NCBI GenBank assembly: GCA_040220235.1
Contig: JAVJTO010000077.1
Direction: 5' to 3' (one strand)
DNA length: 64,000 nucleotides
From: Coleofasciculus sp. B1-GNL1-01
Lineage (GTDB): Bacteria > Cyanobacteriota > Cyanobacteriia > Cyanobacteriales > Coleofasciculaceae
The stretch's first letter is position 1. Every line of letters starts with the position of its first letter. The notes under the pieces were generated by a model. That model worked only from the letters and a program-made list of their open reading frames with translations, ran no database searches and was not told the origin of the DNA. The position numbers and the translations under genes are program-made. Of the stretch, positions 41,275-52,289 are shown piece after piece.

Positions 41275-41787
41275 ATGACTAATATAGAAGCACAAGCTTT
41301 CAACGCAAATAACGAACAATCCCTGAGAAAGCTTGCCAGAGCAATCATTATGTCCCAAGGTCATTTTGCCCTGATTTTGGTGTGCAGCAAGTTTTCACCC
41401 CAACCCCTATCCGTATTAAACCAGTTACAAGAATTCTCTGCACTTCCTATCCAGGGTGTGATGCTGCCTCCCTCCGTGGATACTCTGTTTACGGCAATAC
41501 GCACAGCCGTGGATGAACCACCACCTCCGGCTGTCGTTGTCTTTGGTCTTGATTCGGTGGTTGCTGTTGATCAAGTTTTGAGTGCAACTAATCTGGTGCG
41601 TGAAGAGTTTCGCAAACAGTTTCCTTTTCCACTTGTTTTGTGGATCGACGATACAATCTTGCAAAAGATGATTCGACTAGCCCCTGATTTTAAAAGTTGG
41701 GCAGCGAATCCCCTGCGGTTGGAATGTTGTTGTCACCATAGGGCTTTTCAGCAAACTTACAAGATGGCTTGCGTTCATGGAAGATAA
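41275..41787 (+). CDS. Stand-alone domain resembling the N-terminus of cyanobacterial STAND/WD40 proteins
   Basis: SQGHFALILV, NLVREEFRKQFPFPLVLW, APDFKSW. Confidence 0.6.
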   Translation: MTNIEAQAFNANNEQSLRKLARAIIMSQGHFALILVCSKFSPQPLSVLNQLQEFSALPIQGVMLPPSVDTLFTAIRTAVDEPPPPAVVVFGLDSVVAVDQVLSATNLVREEFRKQFPFPLVLWIDDTILQKMIRLAPDFKSWAANPLRLECCCHHRAFQQTYKMACVHGR

Positions 41788-41860
41788 CAAATAAACACAG
41801 AATGTGATAGAGTTATAGGTGGCTGACTAACTATCAAGATTATTCTGAAAATCTGGTTCA

Positions 41861-42250
41861 TTATTTAAAATTCCACGCTGCGATCGCTAAACATCCCCAT
41901 CCCAGGATCAAGGCGACTCCCCCCAGTGGAGTAATAGCACCCAGCCATTTAATACCGCTTAAACTCAGGGCGTATAGACTGCCGGAAAAGATAGCGATGC
42001 CCACAATAAAAGCGATTCCAGCGGCGATGAGGGGAGATGAGGGAGTTTCAGCGCGAGAAAGCAGCAATGCCACAATGAGCAACGCTAGGGAATGATAAAT
42101 TTGATAACGACTACCCGTTTCAAAAATGTCTAAAGCCCGTTCACTTAGTTTTTCTCTCAACCCATGAGAAGCAAAAGCTCCAGCGGCGACAGATAAACCG
42201 CCGAACAGGGCAGCAACACCTAAAAAAATCCGAGTTATCGTTAATTTCAT
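41861..42250 (-). CDS. DUF423 membrane protein
   Basis: GAFASHGL, YQIYH, FSGSLY, GAITPLGG. Confidence 0.9.
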   Translation of the reverse strand: MKLTITRIFLGVAALFGGLSVAAGAFASHGLREKLSERALDIFETGSRYQIYHSLALLIVALLLSRAETPSSPLIAAGIAFIVGIAIFSGSLYALSLSGIKWLGAITPLGGVALILGWGCLAIAAWNFK

Positions 42251-42391
42251 ATTAGGATTTTTATTAATTTCTTAGAGACGTTCCGCCGGAACGTCTCTAC
42301 TGCTTTTGACGGCTAGGGTTACAAAGGGACGCTAATCGTGCAGCGTGGTGGAAATAACTCACCCATTAACCAGAGACTCAATAAAAGCAGA

Positions 42392-42494
42392 TAAGCTGTC
42401 ATGCATTTAAATTGGGTATTAGTAGCGAGCAAGATGCTCGCACTACAAGGATTGCGCCATTATTGATATTAAGGTTTAAATGCCGAACAGCTTA
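42392..42494. mobile_element. MITE family B copy (inverted)
   Basis: Near-exact reverse complement of 21204-21306. Confidence 0.9.
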
Positions 42495-42533
42495 CCTAAA
42501 CAAGTGCAGTCATCTGCCTTCTTGTACGAGTCT

Positions 42534-43088
42534 CTAAGCGCCTTCTACCGCAAGTTGCTTGGGTAAATAACCCAATTCTTCCAATTTTTGTAGCACTTTT
42601 GTGACACTCTCCGATAACTCTTCCTGATCAGTGCGGCATTCCACTTCGGGGTTGAGTGGTGGTTCGTAAGGATCATCAATTCCGGTAAACCCAAGAATTT
42701 CTCCAGCGCGGGCGCGTTTATATAATCCCTTGACATCTCGTTCTTCACAGGTTGCCAGGGGAGCATTAACATAAACTTCTAGAAAATCACCAACTTTTTG
42801 GCGTACCTCTTCTCGAATTGCCCGGTAGGGCGAGATAGCCGATACCAAAACGATTACACCATTGCGGGTCAGTAGGTGAGACACAAAACCAATGCGACGG
42901 ATATTTTCGTCGCGGTCTTCTTTGCTAAAGCCCAAGCCTTTGGTGAGATTCTGACGAACAATGTCGCCGTCTAAGACTTCTAGCTTACACTCCTTCTCTT
43001 GCAAGGTTTTGGCTAATGCTTGGGTAATGGTGGTTTTACCCGCACCACTTAGACCCGTGAACCATATCGTTACACCGCGCTGATTCAT
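42534..43088 (-). CDS. cysC: Adenylyl-sulfate kinase
   Basis: GLSGAGKTT, LDGD, ISPY, FTGIDDPYE. Confidence 0.96.
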   Translation of the reverse strand: MNQRGVTIWFTGLSGAGKTTITQALAKTLQEKECKLEVLDGDIVRQNLTKGLGFSKEDRDENIRRIGFVSHLLTRNGVIVLVSAISPYRAIREEVRQKVGDFLEVYVNAPLATCEERDVKGLYKRARAGEILGFTGIDDPYEPPLNPEVECRTDQEELSESVTKVLQKLEELGYLPKQLAVEGA

Positions 43089-43314
43089 GATTATTTCTGT
43101 CGCTATCCTAAAGCCTACTGTAAGTACAATTTATCCTGTTTTCTCAGGTGAAACACTCATCGTCAAACGTCTGTTTTCTGGAATAACAGCTTGTTTGATG
43201 ATCAGACCTAGATTTTAACCTGAGTCAAGGAATTGACAATAGTTTAACTCTATTGTTCCAAGAACCCAACCTAAAAAGGTGACATGCTCCCCAACCGAAA
43301 ACGTTTTGAGTAAC

Positions 43315-44355
43315 TTACAATCGAGAGGCGCATATTGCTGCACCAATTAGCCCAACCTGGGGATTCATCACAATATGAACTGGAACGTTTTCCAGCAGGG
43401 GACTGACCCGACCTTTTTCCGTAAAGGTTCGCAAGAAACTACCATCCTGCATCAAGGGCAAAATCTTAGCCGCAATCCCGCCAGCAATATATAGCCCACC
43501 GTAGGGTAAGAGTTTGAGTGCTAGATTCCCCGCTTCTGCACCGTAAGCTTCCACAAACATTTTCAAGGTCTGTTCACTGAGATGGTCGCTCTTTTGCAAC
43601 GCTGCTTTAGAAATCTCCGCCGCCGGATCAACGCTTTTTTCACTGCGTCCCATTTCCCGTTCCCAGGTTCTAACGACTTGGGCAATATCTGGAGATTCGT
43701 GGGCAAATTGCCGATCGCGCAAAAACTGGTAAACGGCGACAATTCCTTGACCGGAAACGACTCGTTCAGCGGAAATGCGCTGAATATCGTACTTCTCGCG
43801 TAAATATTGTAAAAGTTGGAACTCCAGTTCAGTGCGGGGGGCAAAATCCGCATGTCCGCCTTCGGACGCGAAAACCTGATACCTGTCCTGGTTCTGAATC
43901 AGAAATCCTTGTCCTAACCCTGTACCCGCACCGAGTACCGCAATTGGCGCATCAGATTGGGGTGTAACCTGTTGCAGCGTACATAAATCATCCGCCTCTA
44001 AACCGAGAATCCCGTAGCCAACCGCCGCAAAATCATTGAGCAAAGTGATTTTCGCGATCGCGAGTTCTTCCTCTAAGCGTCTAGCGTCCAACACCCACGC
44101 CAAATTGGTCAAGTTAGAGGTATCGTTAACCACAGGACCTGCGATCGCAAAACAGGCTTTTTCAATGGTCAGTTTCTGCTGAAGCTTCTGTCCGGCTTCT
44201 GATAGAAACGTTTGGACGATCGGTACTAAATCTGGGAAATCCCGGCTAGGATAACGGGCTTCATGGAGAACCGATAACGATTCCGAGTCTGAATCCTCCA
44301 CCAGTCGCAAAATCGTTTTAGTCCCGCCGATATCTCCTGCCAGTATTAATGTCAT
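43315..44355 (-). CDS. glk: Glucokinase
   Basis: GDIGGTK, LNDF, GAGTGLG, SEGGH. Confidence 0.95.
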   Translation of the reverse strand: MTLILAGDIGGTKTILRLVEDSDSESLSVLHEARYPSRDFPDLVPIVQTFLSEAGQKLQQKLTIEKACFAIAGPVVNDTSNLTNLAWVLDARRLEEELAIAKITLLNDFAAVGYGILGLEADDLCTLQQVTPQSDAPIAVLGAGTGLGQGFLIQNQDRYQVFASEGGHADFAPRTELEFQLLQYLREKYDIQRISAERVVSGQGIVAVYQFLRDRQFAHESPDIAQVVRTWEREMGRSEKSVDPAAEISKAALQKSDHLSEQTLKMFVEAYGAEAGNLALKLLPYGGLYIAGGIAAKILPLMQDGSFLRTFTEKGRVSPLLENVPVHIVMNPQVGLIGAAICASRL

Positions 44356-44368
44356 AGAATCTTATACT

Positions 44369-45007
44369 TTAATGAAATCGAATCACGTCTTCAGTTTGAC
44401 TGAGGTGGGAAGTATCCCCGTTGAGTTCCATCACCCATTTTTCCTCATGACGCATGAGTTTAACTAAACAGCATAAAGCGGCGTTCACTTCGGGTTGACC
44501 CGGAATTAATCCCCAGGTCGCACCGACGACTGAAGCACCATGACCTACTAATAAGATATCGTCTCCGAATTCTGTGGTCAGCAGGCGAGCTGTTTGAGCG
44601 GTGCGTTCTAGCACTTTCTCATTTGTTTCTGGATACTGAGGGATGACGCGGGAGGTATACCCCGAATCAATACAGGGAAAACGCTGTTGTAATTCCTCAA
44701 CAGACAGTCGTTCTGGCTCTGTTCTCATCCATTCCGGATTCAGCCATTCACTCAAACCCGCCTCCATCTTAATGGGTAAGTCCAAAATCTGAGCAACTTG
44801 GTTCGCTGTTTGTACCGTTCGCAAAAACGGTGAGGCGAAAATATGCTTAATCGTCTCCCCCTTTAACCGTTCACCTAACTCCCGCGCTTGACCAACGCCA
44901 TCGTCCGATAACGGGGGATCATAAGGACGTTCTGCTGTGTTAAACCAGTCAGGGTTAACAAAGTCGAGGCGATTTCCGTGTCGGGCAATCCAGAGGGTTT
45001 GAGTCAT
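44369..45007 (-). CDS. Histidine phosphatase family protein
   Basis: RHG, SPFLRTVQT, LLVGHG. Confidence 0.9.
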   Translation of the reverse strand: MTQTLWIARHGNRLDFVNPDWFNTAERPYDPPLSDDGVGQARELGERLKGETIKHIFASPFLRTVQTANQVAQILDLPIKMEAGLSEWLNPEWMRTEPERLSVEELQQRFPCIDSGYTSRVIPQYPETNEKVLERTAQTARLLTTEFGDDILLVGHGASVVGATWGLIPGQPEVNAALCCLVKLMRHEEKWVMELNGDTSHLSQTEDVIRFH

Positions 45008-45446
45008 TCGTTTATGTCCTTCGTCATTTGTCTTATGTCAGGGAACAGAGAACAGGGAACCGGGTAAGGTATAGTTTTGAGTTAACTCCCAACTTCCCCT
45101 GCTCCCCCTGCTCCCCCTGCTCCCCCTGCTCTATATGGACGGCTTTTGATTAAGATATGTTACAATATTTAACGAAGTGTTAGCTAGTGTTAGATATAAC
45201 GTATGCAATAAGCAGAGGCAAAAACAAATCAGATAGATAGTCAATTCTAAATCTGGGTTAGAGATGGGGGCTTTAACTCACCCAGTCATACACATTTCGA
45301 GTTTTCTAATCAATCCATTTTCCCCTATTGAAATAAAACTTAACATTTCTCTCATAGAGAATCGTTCACCCCAGCTTAAGGTGAACCCTCCTGAAAAGGA
45401 GCTTAGTTGCTTGAACTCCACTCATAATATAGATATAGCGATCGCT

Positions 45447-46406
45447 ATGAAAACTGCTCAGACCTCTACAGACCTTGTCCGCACTTACCTCCAAGAAATT
45501 GGTCGTGTACCCCTGTTGACCCACGAGCAAGAGATATTATACGGAAAACAAGTCCAGCGTTTAAATGCCTTAGAGCAAACCAAAGAGTCGCTGTTTGAAC
45601 AATTGGGTTACGAACCAACGCTGTGTGAGTGGGCAAAAGCCTCGTCCCTATCGGAAGCCGAGTTACAATCGTGCATCAGGGCGGGTCAAGTCGCTAAGCG
45701 CAAAATGGTAGAAGCCAATTTACGTCTGGTGGTTTCCGTCGCCAAGAAATATATCAAGCGTAATGTAGACTTGCTGGACTTGATTCAGGAAGGTACGATT
45801 GGCATGCAACGGGGCGTAGAAAAATTTGACCCGACCAAAGGGTATCGTTTCTCTACCTACGCCTACTGGTGGATTCGTCAAGCGATTACCCGTGCGATCG
45901 CGGAAAAAGGACGAACGATTCGCTTACCGATCCACATCACAGAAAAGCTGAACAAAATCAAAAAAGCCCAGCGCCAACTCTCCCAGAAGCTAGGGCGTGC
46001 TGCTACCATATCGGAATTGGCGACGGAATTAGACCTGACACCCAAGCAAGTCCGGGAGTACCTGGAGAAAGCACGTCAACCTCTATCGTTAGATCTGCGG
46101 GTCGGCGATAATCAAGATACGGAATTAGGAGAACTGCTCGAAGATAGCGGACCTTCGCCAGAAGATTTTGCTACCTATTCAGCCATGCAAATCGATCTGG
46201 AGAAGTTAATGGCGGATTTAACCGAGCAGCAACGTGAAGTGCTAATGCTACGCTTTGGTCTAGTCGATGGTCAACCCATGACACTTGCCAAGATTGGCGA
46301 TCAACTCAAAATCAGCCGGGAACGAGTCCGCCAAATTGAACGGGAAGCGCTGTCTAAGCTTCGCAAGCGCCAAGCCGACATGCGTGAATATATTGCAGTC
46401 AGTTAG
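45447..46406 (+). CDS. Group 2 RNA polymerase sigma factor (SigD-like)
   Basis: [43 protein letters not shown]; start set at MKTAQ. Confidence 0.92.
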   Translation: MKTAQTSTDLVRTYLQEIGRVPLLTHEQEILYGKQVQRLNALEQTKESLFEQLGYEPTLCEWAKASSLSEAELQSCIRAGQVAKRKMVEANLRLVVSVAKKYIKRNVDLLDLIQEGTIGMQRGVEKFDPTKGYRFSTYAYWWIRQAITRAIAEKGRTIRLPIHITEKLNKIKKAQRQLSQKLGRAATISELATELDLTPKQVREYLEKARQPLSLDLRVGDNQDTELGELLEDSGPSPEDFATYSAMQIDLEKLMADLTEQQREVLMLRFGLVDGQPMTLAKIGDQLKISRERVRQIEREALSKLRKRQADMREYIAVS

Positions 46407-46517
46407 TTGGTCTTATGAGACAACCTGATATTATGGGTTCGGTTCCGCCTACCTGATTATCAATTATCCCTTGTTAAGTTAGATGGAAGATATAGAGCTA
46501 TTGCTCGGAGGTAAACG

Positions 46518-46859
46518 GTGAACAACCAATCTGATCGTGTCCCAGAATTTTTTGAAGGCAATGGAGACAATAATCTTTTGTGGGAGTACGTACAATCGTT
46601 GAGTCCAGAAACCGTTTCCCATTTATCCAAACCCACCTCGGCTGATGTGTTTCAGGTCATTGAACGTAATGTGATGGGATTGTTGGGTAATATTCCTTCA
46701 GACCATTTTGATGTCACTATTAATACTAGCCGCGAGAATCTAGGACATTTGTTAGCCTCAGCAATGGTCAGTGGTTATTTCCTACGCAAAGCAGAACAAC
46801 GCATGACATTTGAGAAATCGTTGCAAAAGACCGATTCCTCCGGCGCAGATGCTGGCTAG
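46518..46859 (+). CDS. DUF760 family protein
   Basis: LWEYVQSLSPE, TSRENL..LLASAM.SGYFLR. Confidence 0.88.
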   Translation: MNNQSDRVPEFFEGNGDNNLLWEYVQSLSPETVSHLSKPTSADVFQVIERNVMGLLGNIPSDHFDVTINTSRENLGHLLASAMVSGYFLRKAEQRMTFEKSLQKTDSSGADAG

Positions 46860-46971
46860 TGCAGCGGGCATAAAAATACTTGAGCAGCTTCGTAGATACG
46901 ATGAAGCTGGGGAAGCTGGGGAAGCTGGGGGAGATATTAGCTGTTCAGCTATTTCTGCCTTCTTGCACTAG
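46856..46971. mobile_element. MITE family E with internal 9-mer repeats
   Basis: CTAGTGCA...TGCACTAG; first ~45 bp shared with 14501, right end shared with ~40991-41033. Confidence 0.75.
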
Positions 46972-47018
46972 AGTAAGAAGGCAGAAGAAAAGAAAGTCAT
47001 CTACAGGACATAGGATAA

Positions 47019-48140
47019 TTGGGACGAAATCGAAAATCGGCAGACTCATTCGCTAGGCTGCCGATTTCATCTGTAGAAAACCAGCGACAAACTCTCTTAA
47101 CCTGGTATGCCAACGCCTGTCGAGACTTGCCTTGGCGAGGTAGCACCGATCCATATCCAATCTGGATTTCGGAAATTATGTTGCAGCAAACCCAGGTGAA
47201 AACGGTTATCCCTTATTATCACCGTTGGTTGGCTGAATTTCCCACTATTGAAGCGCTAGCGACAGCAGATTTACAACAGGTGCTTCTGGTTTGGCAGGGA
47301 TTAGGATATTACAGTAGAGCCAGAAATCTCCACAAAGCCGCTCAAAAAATAATCCAGGACTACGGGGGAATTTTTCCAGATCAACTGAGTGATGTTTTAG
47401 CATTACCAGGAATTGGTCGAACCACTGCTGGCGGAATTCTCAGCGCCGCTTTTAATCAACCTGTGCCAATTCTGGATGGGAATGTGAAGCGAATTCTGGC
47501 ACGATTGGTAGCTTTATCGATACCACCTGCTAAAGCAACAAAACAGCTTTGGCAACTTTCGGAAACGTTGCTTGATCCAGAACATCCTGGCACGTTTAAT
47601 CAGGCGTTAATGGATTTAGGGGCGACTATCTGTACTCCTAAACACCCCGATTGTTGCCATTGTCCTTGGCAGAGTCACTGTCAGGCGTACAATCTAGGTG
47701 TTGCATCTAAGTTACCCATGCGTGAAGCCTCTACCCCCTTACCTCACAAAATCATTGGTGTTGCTGTAATTTGGAATGACCAAGGACAAATTTTAATTGA
47801 CCGCCGCCCTGCTCAAGGGTTACTGGGTGGATTATGGGAGTTTCCTGGCGGCAAAATTGAACCGGATGAAACCGTGGCAGACTGTATTAAGCGGGAAATT
47901 CGGGAAGAATTGGGAATTGAGATTGAAGTAGGCGATCGCGTAATCACGGTTGATCATGCCTATAGCCATTTTCGCGTGACGTTGATTGTCCATCACTGTC
48001 GTCATCTCTCAGGTGTGCCTCAAGCCCTGGAATGTGATGAAATCCGTTGGGTAACCCTAGAGGAAATTGACCAGTTTCCGTTTCCCAAGGCTAATACTCA
48101 GATTATTGGGGCATTGCGTCAAGAGGCTGAAAGGATGTAG
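47019..48140 (+). CDS. mutY: A/G-specific adenine glycosylase
   Basis: SEIMLQQT, LPGIGRTTA, DGNV, C-X6-C-X2-C-X5-C cluster, C-terminal NUDIX domain. Confidence 0.95.
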   Translation: MGRNRKSADSFARLPISSVENQRQTLLTWYANACRDLPWRGSTDPYPIWISEIMLQQTQVKTVIPYYHRWLAEFPTIEALATADLQQVLLVWQGLGYYSRARNLHKAAQKIIQDYGGIFPDQLSDVLALPGIGRTTAGGILSAAFNQPVPILDGNVKRILARLVALSIPPAKATKQLWQLSETLLDPEHPGTFNQALMDLGATICTPKHPDCCHCPWQSHCQAYNLGVASKLPMREASTPLPHKIIGVAVIWNDQGQILIDRRPAQGLLGGLWEFPGGKIEPDETVADCIKREIREELGIEIEVGDRVITVDHAYSHFRVTLIVHHCRHLSGVPQALECDEIRWVTLEEIDQFPFPKANTQIIGALRQEAERM

Positions 48141-48153
48141 AGATAGAGTAGAT

Positions 48154-48236
48154 GGGGTGAGAGGGTGAGGGGGTGAGAGGGTGAGGGGGTGAGAGGGTGA
48201 GGGGGTGAGAGGGTGAGGGGGTGAGGGGGTGAGGGG
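48154..48236. repeat. 8-bp tandem repeat (RGGGTGAG)
   Basis: About 10 units directly after mutY. Confidence 0.9.
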
Positions 48237-48462
48237 GAGAAAAAAGAAAGTTCTACATTGATTACAAAACTTCATAGAGTGCCGTTTTCTTTTGTCCGAA
48301 TACTTATTCCCTGGGCGATCGCGGTTGGCAATAAAAAAGCCCGCTCTGAAGCAATTATTAATCCAATTCTGTTGGAAGTATAGCACTACGCAGACACGTT
48401 AGGACATCAGTTAATCCTAGTAATGACCTGATAACAGGCAAAAGGGAAATGTAAGAATGTCC

Positions 48463-50329
48463 GTAAGGATTCAGGTCGGTGTTTAGCTTGTTAATCAGCC
48501 TGGGGGCGCTCGCCGTGATCAAATAACTTTGAAAGGGACTCAAGTCATATCGGCGAGTGCGCCCAGGCTACTTTTCCCACTCCTCACATCGCGACAAAAG
48601 GATTGACCTTGGCAGTAGAGCCAAGTAATTCATCAACCTGTAATTGACTATGTAAGTCATTCAAGGAATTGGTTCGGGTAAAAGGGAACAAGTCGATTGA
48701 ACTAACTCGACCTCAGCCCTTAAGGCTTGTTGGAAAAACGTAAGAACCGAGCGTCCCTGTCGTCTACAAGTCTGTATGACGGTGAGTAAGTCAGCCGTTT
48801 GTTGAAATCGTGCCATCGAACGTGACCCGCCACTGACTTTACGCTTGGTCACGGCTAAACGTAAAGAACGTTCAGCCAGGTTATTGTCCGGTGGGATCTG
48901 AGGATGCTCAAGAAAATACCACCATTGCTGTGCTTTGTCTCGCAGAGAACGTAGCAATTTCCCCGCCTCATAGCCCGCCTGTCTTATCCACTGCTGTATA
49001 CTTAGCTCTACTCGTAGCTTAAACCCAGCCGCCCAAGTGCGATAGGCACTATCATCTTTTGTTTGTCGCCATTTTTTGTGTTGGGCAAAAGCTTCTTCAA
49101 TCAACTCAATGAATGCTTCTCCCAAAGCCGGGTTGTTACCGTGATTCAACTTGACAACTTGTTTAAAGTGACGCAACAGATGGGCTAGACATTTTTGCTG
49201 AGCTTGAGCGCTGTAGCCGTTATAAACGCTGTAATCATCCGTGCTGAGTACACCTTCAAAGCTTTCTCCTAGCTGAGTTACTAATTCGGCCCGTGAGCGA
49301 GTGTCACCCGGATGAAACACGCAGAACGACTGACCCGTTGTTACCCACAGCCATTCTTTAAGTCCAAGTACGGGCCAGGGGGATTCATCTACATGTACGG
49401 CGGGTTGTTTCTTGACCCATTCCCGTAATTGTTCAACGCTGTTCTTGATAGCATCCGCCATTCTCGCGTTGGTCGCCACCAGAGTTCCAACTCCAATCTC
49501 CACTCCACCCAGTTCCTTGAGCAGTTCTTGCTGCTTTTCATATGAAAGATGACCATAATTTCCTAACCACACCAAAAAGGCTTGTAGTCTCACACTCAAG
49601 TCAAGACCTGGTACAATATCTTCTGGCCAGCAAGCCGTTTGGGTTTGACCACACCTGGCACAAGTACAACTGTGTCGCTGGTATTCTACTACCTCTATTG
49701 GACGCTCTACCAATTGGGCTACTTGTTGCCTCTGTATAGCTACTGGGGTTTCGATAAATTCTACACTGCCACAATCAATACATTTTTGAGGCTTAAGGAT
49801 TTCATATCGGTCTACTCGTTTAAAGCCTTTACGGGTCTTTCCCTGATGACCCGGTTGCCCTCCTGGTTTCCTTTTGGGTTGGGACTTGTCTTTGGCATCG
49901 CTTTTCGGTTTTTCCGGTTTTTTGAGCAGGTCAGTTGAGGGGGGCTTTGAGGAGGTTGTACTGTCTTTTTGAAGGCTGGCTTTGAGGCGAACGACTTCTT
50001 GCTTTAACTGCTCTATTACTAGTTGCTGCTGCACGACTATCTTCACCAGTTCTGAGCTGGGCAATTGTGGCAGACGCTCTAAATCTATTTCTCTTTCTGG
50101 TTTCATGGCAGCAGCACAACTGTTGACTTAATTACAGCACATTTTTGGGTGCTTTGATTCACTGATTTTGATCACTCCACCCTTAGGGCGGGTAGTGAGC
50201 CGAAAGTCGGGGTGGAGCCTCCCGTCAACGAGAGCTAACACTCTTTGGGCTGTATTGGGTAAGACTCTGGCTCCACCCCTAATCATCAAGGCAGCCATTT
50301 CACCCACAAGGGCCGACCTGAATCCTTAC
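48463..50329 (-). mobile_element. IS66-family element bounded by perfect 17-bp inverted repeats
   Basis: GTAAGGATTCAGGTCGG (48463-48479) and CCGACCTGAATCCTTAC (50313-50329); additional GTAAGTCATTCA end at 48652. Confidence 0.8.
48661..50106 (-). CDS. IS66 family DDE transposase (single-ORF, ISBst12-like)
   Basis: SSKPPSTD, RKPGGQPGH, zinc finger, HVDES, STDDY, CLAHL.R, DNNLAERSLR. Confidence 0.93.
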   Translation of the reverse strand: MKPEREIDLERLPQLPSSELVKIVVQQQLVIEQLKQEVVRLKASLQKDSTTSSKPPSTDLLKKPEKPKSDAKDKSQPKRKPGGQPGHQGKTRKGFKRVDRYEILKPQKCIDCGSVEFIETPVAIQRQQVAQLVERPIEVVEYQRHSCTCARCGQTQTACWPEDIVPGLDLSVRLQAFLVWLGNYGHLSYEKQQELLKELGGVEIGVGTLVATNARMADAIKNSVEQLREWVKKQPAVHVDESPWPVLGLKEWLWVTTGQSFCVFHPGDTRSRAELVTQLGESFEGVLSTDDYSVYNGYSAQAQQKCLAHLLRHFKQVVKLNHGNNPALGEAFIELIEEAFAQHKKWRQTKDDSAYRTWAAGFKLRVELSIQQWIRQAGYEAGKLLRSLRDKAQQWWYFLEHPQIPPDNNLAERSLRLAVTKRKVSGGSRSMARFQQTADLLTVIQTCRRQGRSVLTFFQQALRAEVELVQSTCSLLPEPIP

Positions 50330-50355
50330 TACGTAGTTCTTTACCTAAATAAAAA

Positions 50356-51339
50356 ATGACAAATCCTGATATCGGTTATATACCCCCTGATTATCTAGAT
50401 CGCTACCCCGAAACGTTAGCAAGAGAGGCAATTTTATCAGTACGCCAAGAGCGACAATCTAAATTATTTACTCCCCAAATGAGTCAGTACCGGGAAGCAG
50501 TGCAGGCGGTTCAGGATATCCACAGTGATTGGTATGACTTCTCTGATGTTGTAGTAAAAGTGGGTCGTCCTGAGGAACTCACAGCCGCACAACAGCAGCG
50601 ATTTTATCAGTCGTTGCAAGCCTTTTGCCCCTGGAAAAAAGGACTATTTGAACTATTTGGGATTTCCATTGATGCAGAATGGCGTTCAGACTGGAAATGG
50701 GCGCGAATTTTGCCCCATATTCAATCTCTGAACAATCGCCGGGTGGCAGATATTGGCTGTCACAATGGCTATTTTATGTTTCGCATGGCGGATCAGGAAC
50801 CGGAGTGTGTGATTGGGTTTGAGCCAGTTCCTAAGCATTTCTGGAACTTCCAGCTTATCCAAAACATTGTTCAGCAACCGATGCTGACGTTTGAGTTATT
50901 GGGGGTTGAGCATATTGATTTTTATCCCAATTTCTTTGATACAATTTTTTGTCTAGGGATTCTTTACCATCATCGAGATCCGATTAATTTATTGGGTAAA
51001 TTACGGCAAGCTCTAGCACCGAAGGGAGAAATTCTTATTGATTGCCAGGGAATTCCGGGCGAACTTCCTGTGGCTTTAACTCCTCGTAAGCGCTATGCTC
51101 AAGCACGCGGTATTTGGTTTTTGCCCACTCAATCTTGTTTAGAGAATTGGCTAGTACGGGCTGGTTTTACTCAGATTCACTGTTTCTTTGCTGAACCTTT
51201 GTCCGTGCAGGAACAACGCCGCACACCTTGGGCAAATATCAATAGTTTACGCGAATTTCTGAATCCTGATGATTTATCTGTAACGATAGAAGGGTATCCC
51301 GCACCCTGGCGCTATTATGTAATTGCTCATAAAAATTAA
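50356..51339 (+). CDS. cmoB: tRNA U34 carboxymethyltransferase CmoB-like
   Basis: PWKKG.F, IDAEWRSDWKW, DIGCHNGY, GILYH, TIEGYPAP. Confidence 0.88.
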   Translation: MTNPDIGYIPPDYLDRYPETLAREAILSVRQERQSKLFTPQMSQYREAVQAVQDIHSDWYDFSDVVVKVGRPEELTAAQQQRFYQSLQAFCPWKKGLFELFGISIDAEWRSDWKWARILPHIQSLNNRRVADIGCHNGYFMFRMADQEPECVIGFEPVPKHFWNFQLIQNIVQQPMLTFELLGVEHIDFYPNFFDTIFCLGILYHHRDPINLLGKLRQALAPKGEILIDCQGIPGELPVALTPRKRYAQARGIWFLPTQSCLENWLVRAGFTQIHCFFAEPLSVQEQRRTPWANINSLREFLNPDDLSVTIEGYPAPWRYYVIAHKN

Positions 51340-51409
51340 ATCATATTTTATGGGTTTTCATGAGCGTTAAACCTAACAATTTAGCACGCCAACTACGGAA
51401 TAACCCATT

Positions 51410-51526
51410 TATAGCACTACGCACTAAGGTTAGGACATATCCAGAAAAATTTAAATCGCTTGACCCTGAGCGAAGTCGAAGTGTTGCCTATTGCCTATTG
51501 CCTATTGCCTAGCGCGTAGCGCTATA
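51410..51526. mobile_element. MITE family C copy containing TATTGCC heptamers
   Basis: TATAGCACTACGC...GCGTAGCGCTATA. Confidence 0.8.
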
Positions 51527-51528
51527 TC

Positions 51529-52041
51529 TCAGGTTGGCAAAAGCAAATCAACGTCCAACAAAAAGATAGTTTTTGCTCCAGAATCTTGAGGAATCACTGC
51601 CACATGACGGGCAATATTCACCGTATCAGAACGACGATAAGATTCTGGTAAAAGCCGAATTGCTGAAAGTGGTACATCTATTAAAATAGGCGCGTCAGCG
51701 ACAGGAATGCCATAGAGTTCACCCGTTTTATTTTGCATCGTTACTAGATATCCTCCCCCATTAGCAGCTTCCGGTAAACTCTCTTTGAAAAAGCGCTGAT
51801 ATAAATCGATGACCGTAATTTCTTCTTCACCAGAGTGGGTGACTCCCACCTGATTCATCCCACTCCCATGAACAGGGGCGCGATTCAAGATTTTGTAGAC
51901 GGATTCAATTGGTAATGCTAGATGCAAGTTTCCCAAGGTAAAAAGAATTAACTTTAATACTTGTTTCGTTTCTCGTGTCGTTTTTTCTGAAAGTACGGAT
52001 TGATTTTCTTGGGATTGAGTATTCATGACATTATTGTTCAT
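51529..52041 (-). CDS. cheW: CheW-like coupling protein (terminal gene of the cluster)
   Basis: LILFTLG..LALPIESV, TVIDL, YGIPV; position after cheA. Confidence 0.8.
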   Translation of the reverse strand: MNNNVMNTQSQENQSVLSEKTTRETKQVLKLILFTLGNLHLALPIESVYKILNRAPVHGSGMNQVGVTHSGEEEITVIDLYQRFFKESLPEAANGGGYLVTMQNKTGELYGIPVADAPILIDVPLSAIRLLPESYRRSDTVNIARHVAVIPQDSGAKTIFLLDVDLLLPT

Positions 52042-52289
52042 AACAAAAATCTTCCTTTAGACAACAAAAATTACAGTTGGTGGAGAGGGCGCAGGTCGGT
52101 CAATGGTGTTCTTACTTTTCACGGGATCTGGAAAACCTCTCTCCGAACCTCTCCCTAGCCCTCTCCTACAAGGAGAGGGAAGCGGAATATATTTTTTTAT
52201 TTGGAGAGGCTTTGAATTCTCCCCCATAGAACAAAAAGCGAAGCAACATCTGGTCTCCCCCGTGCAACAGAAGCGAAGCATCCGCTGGC

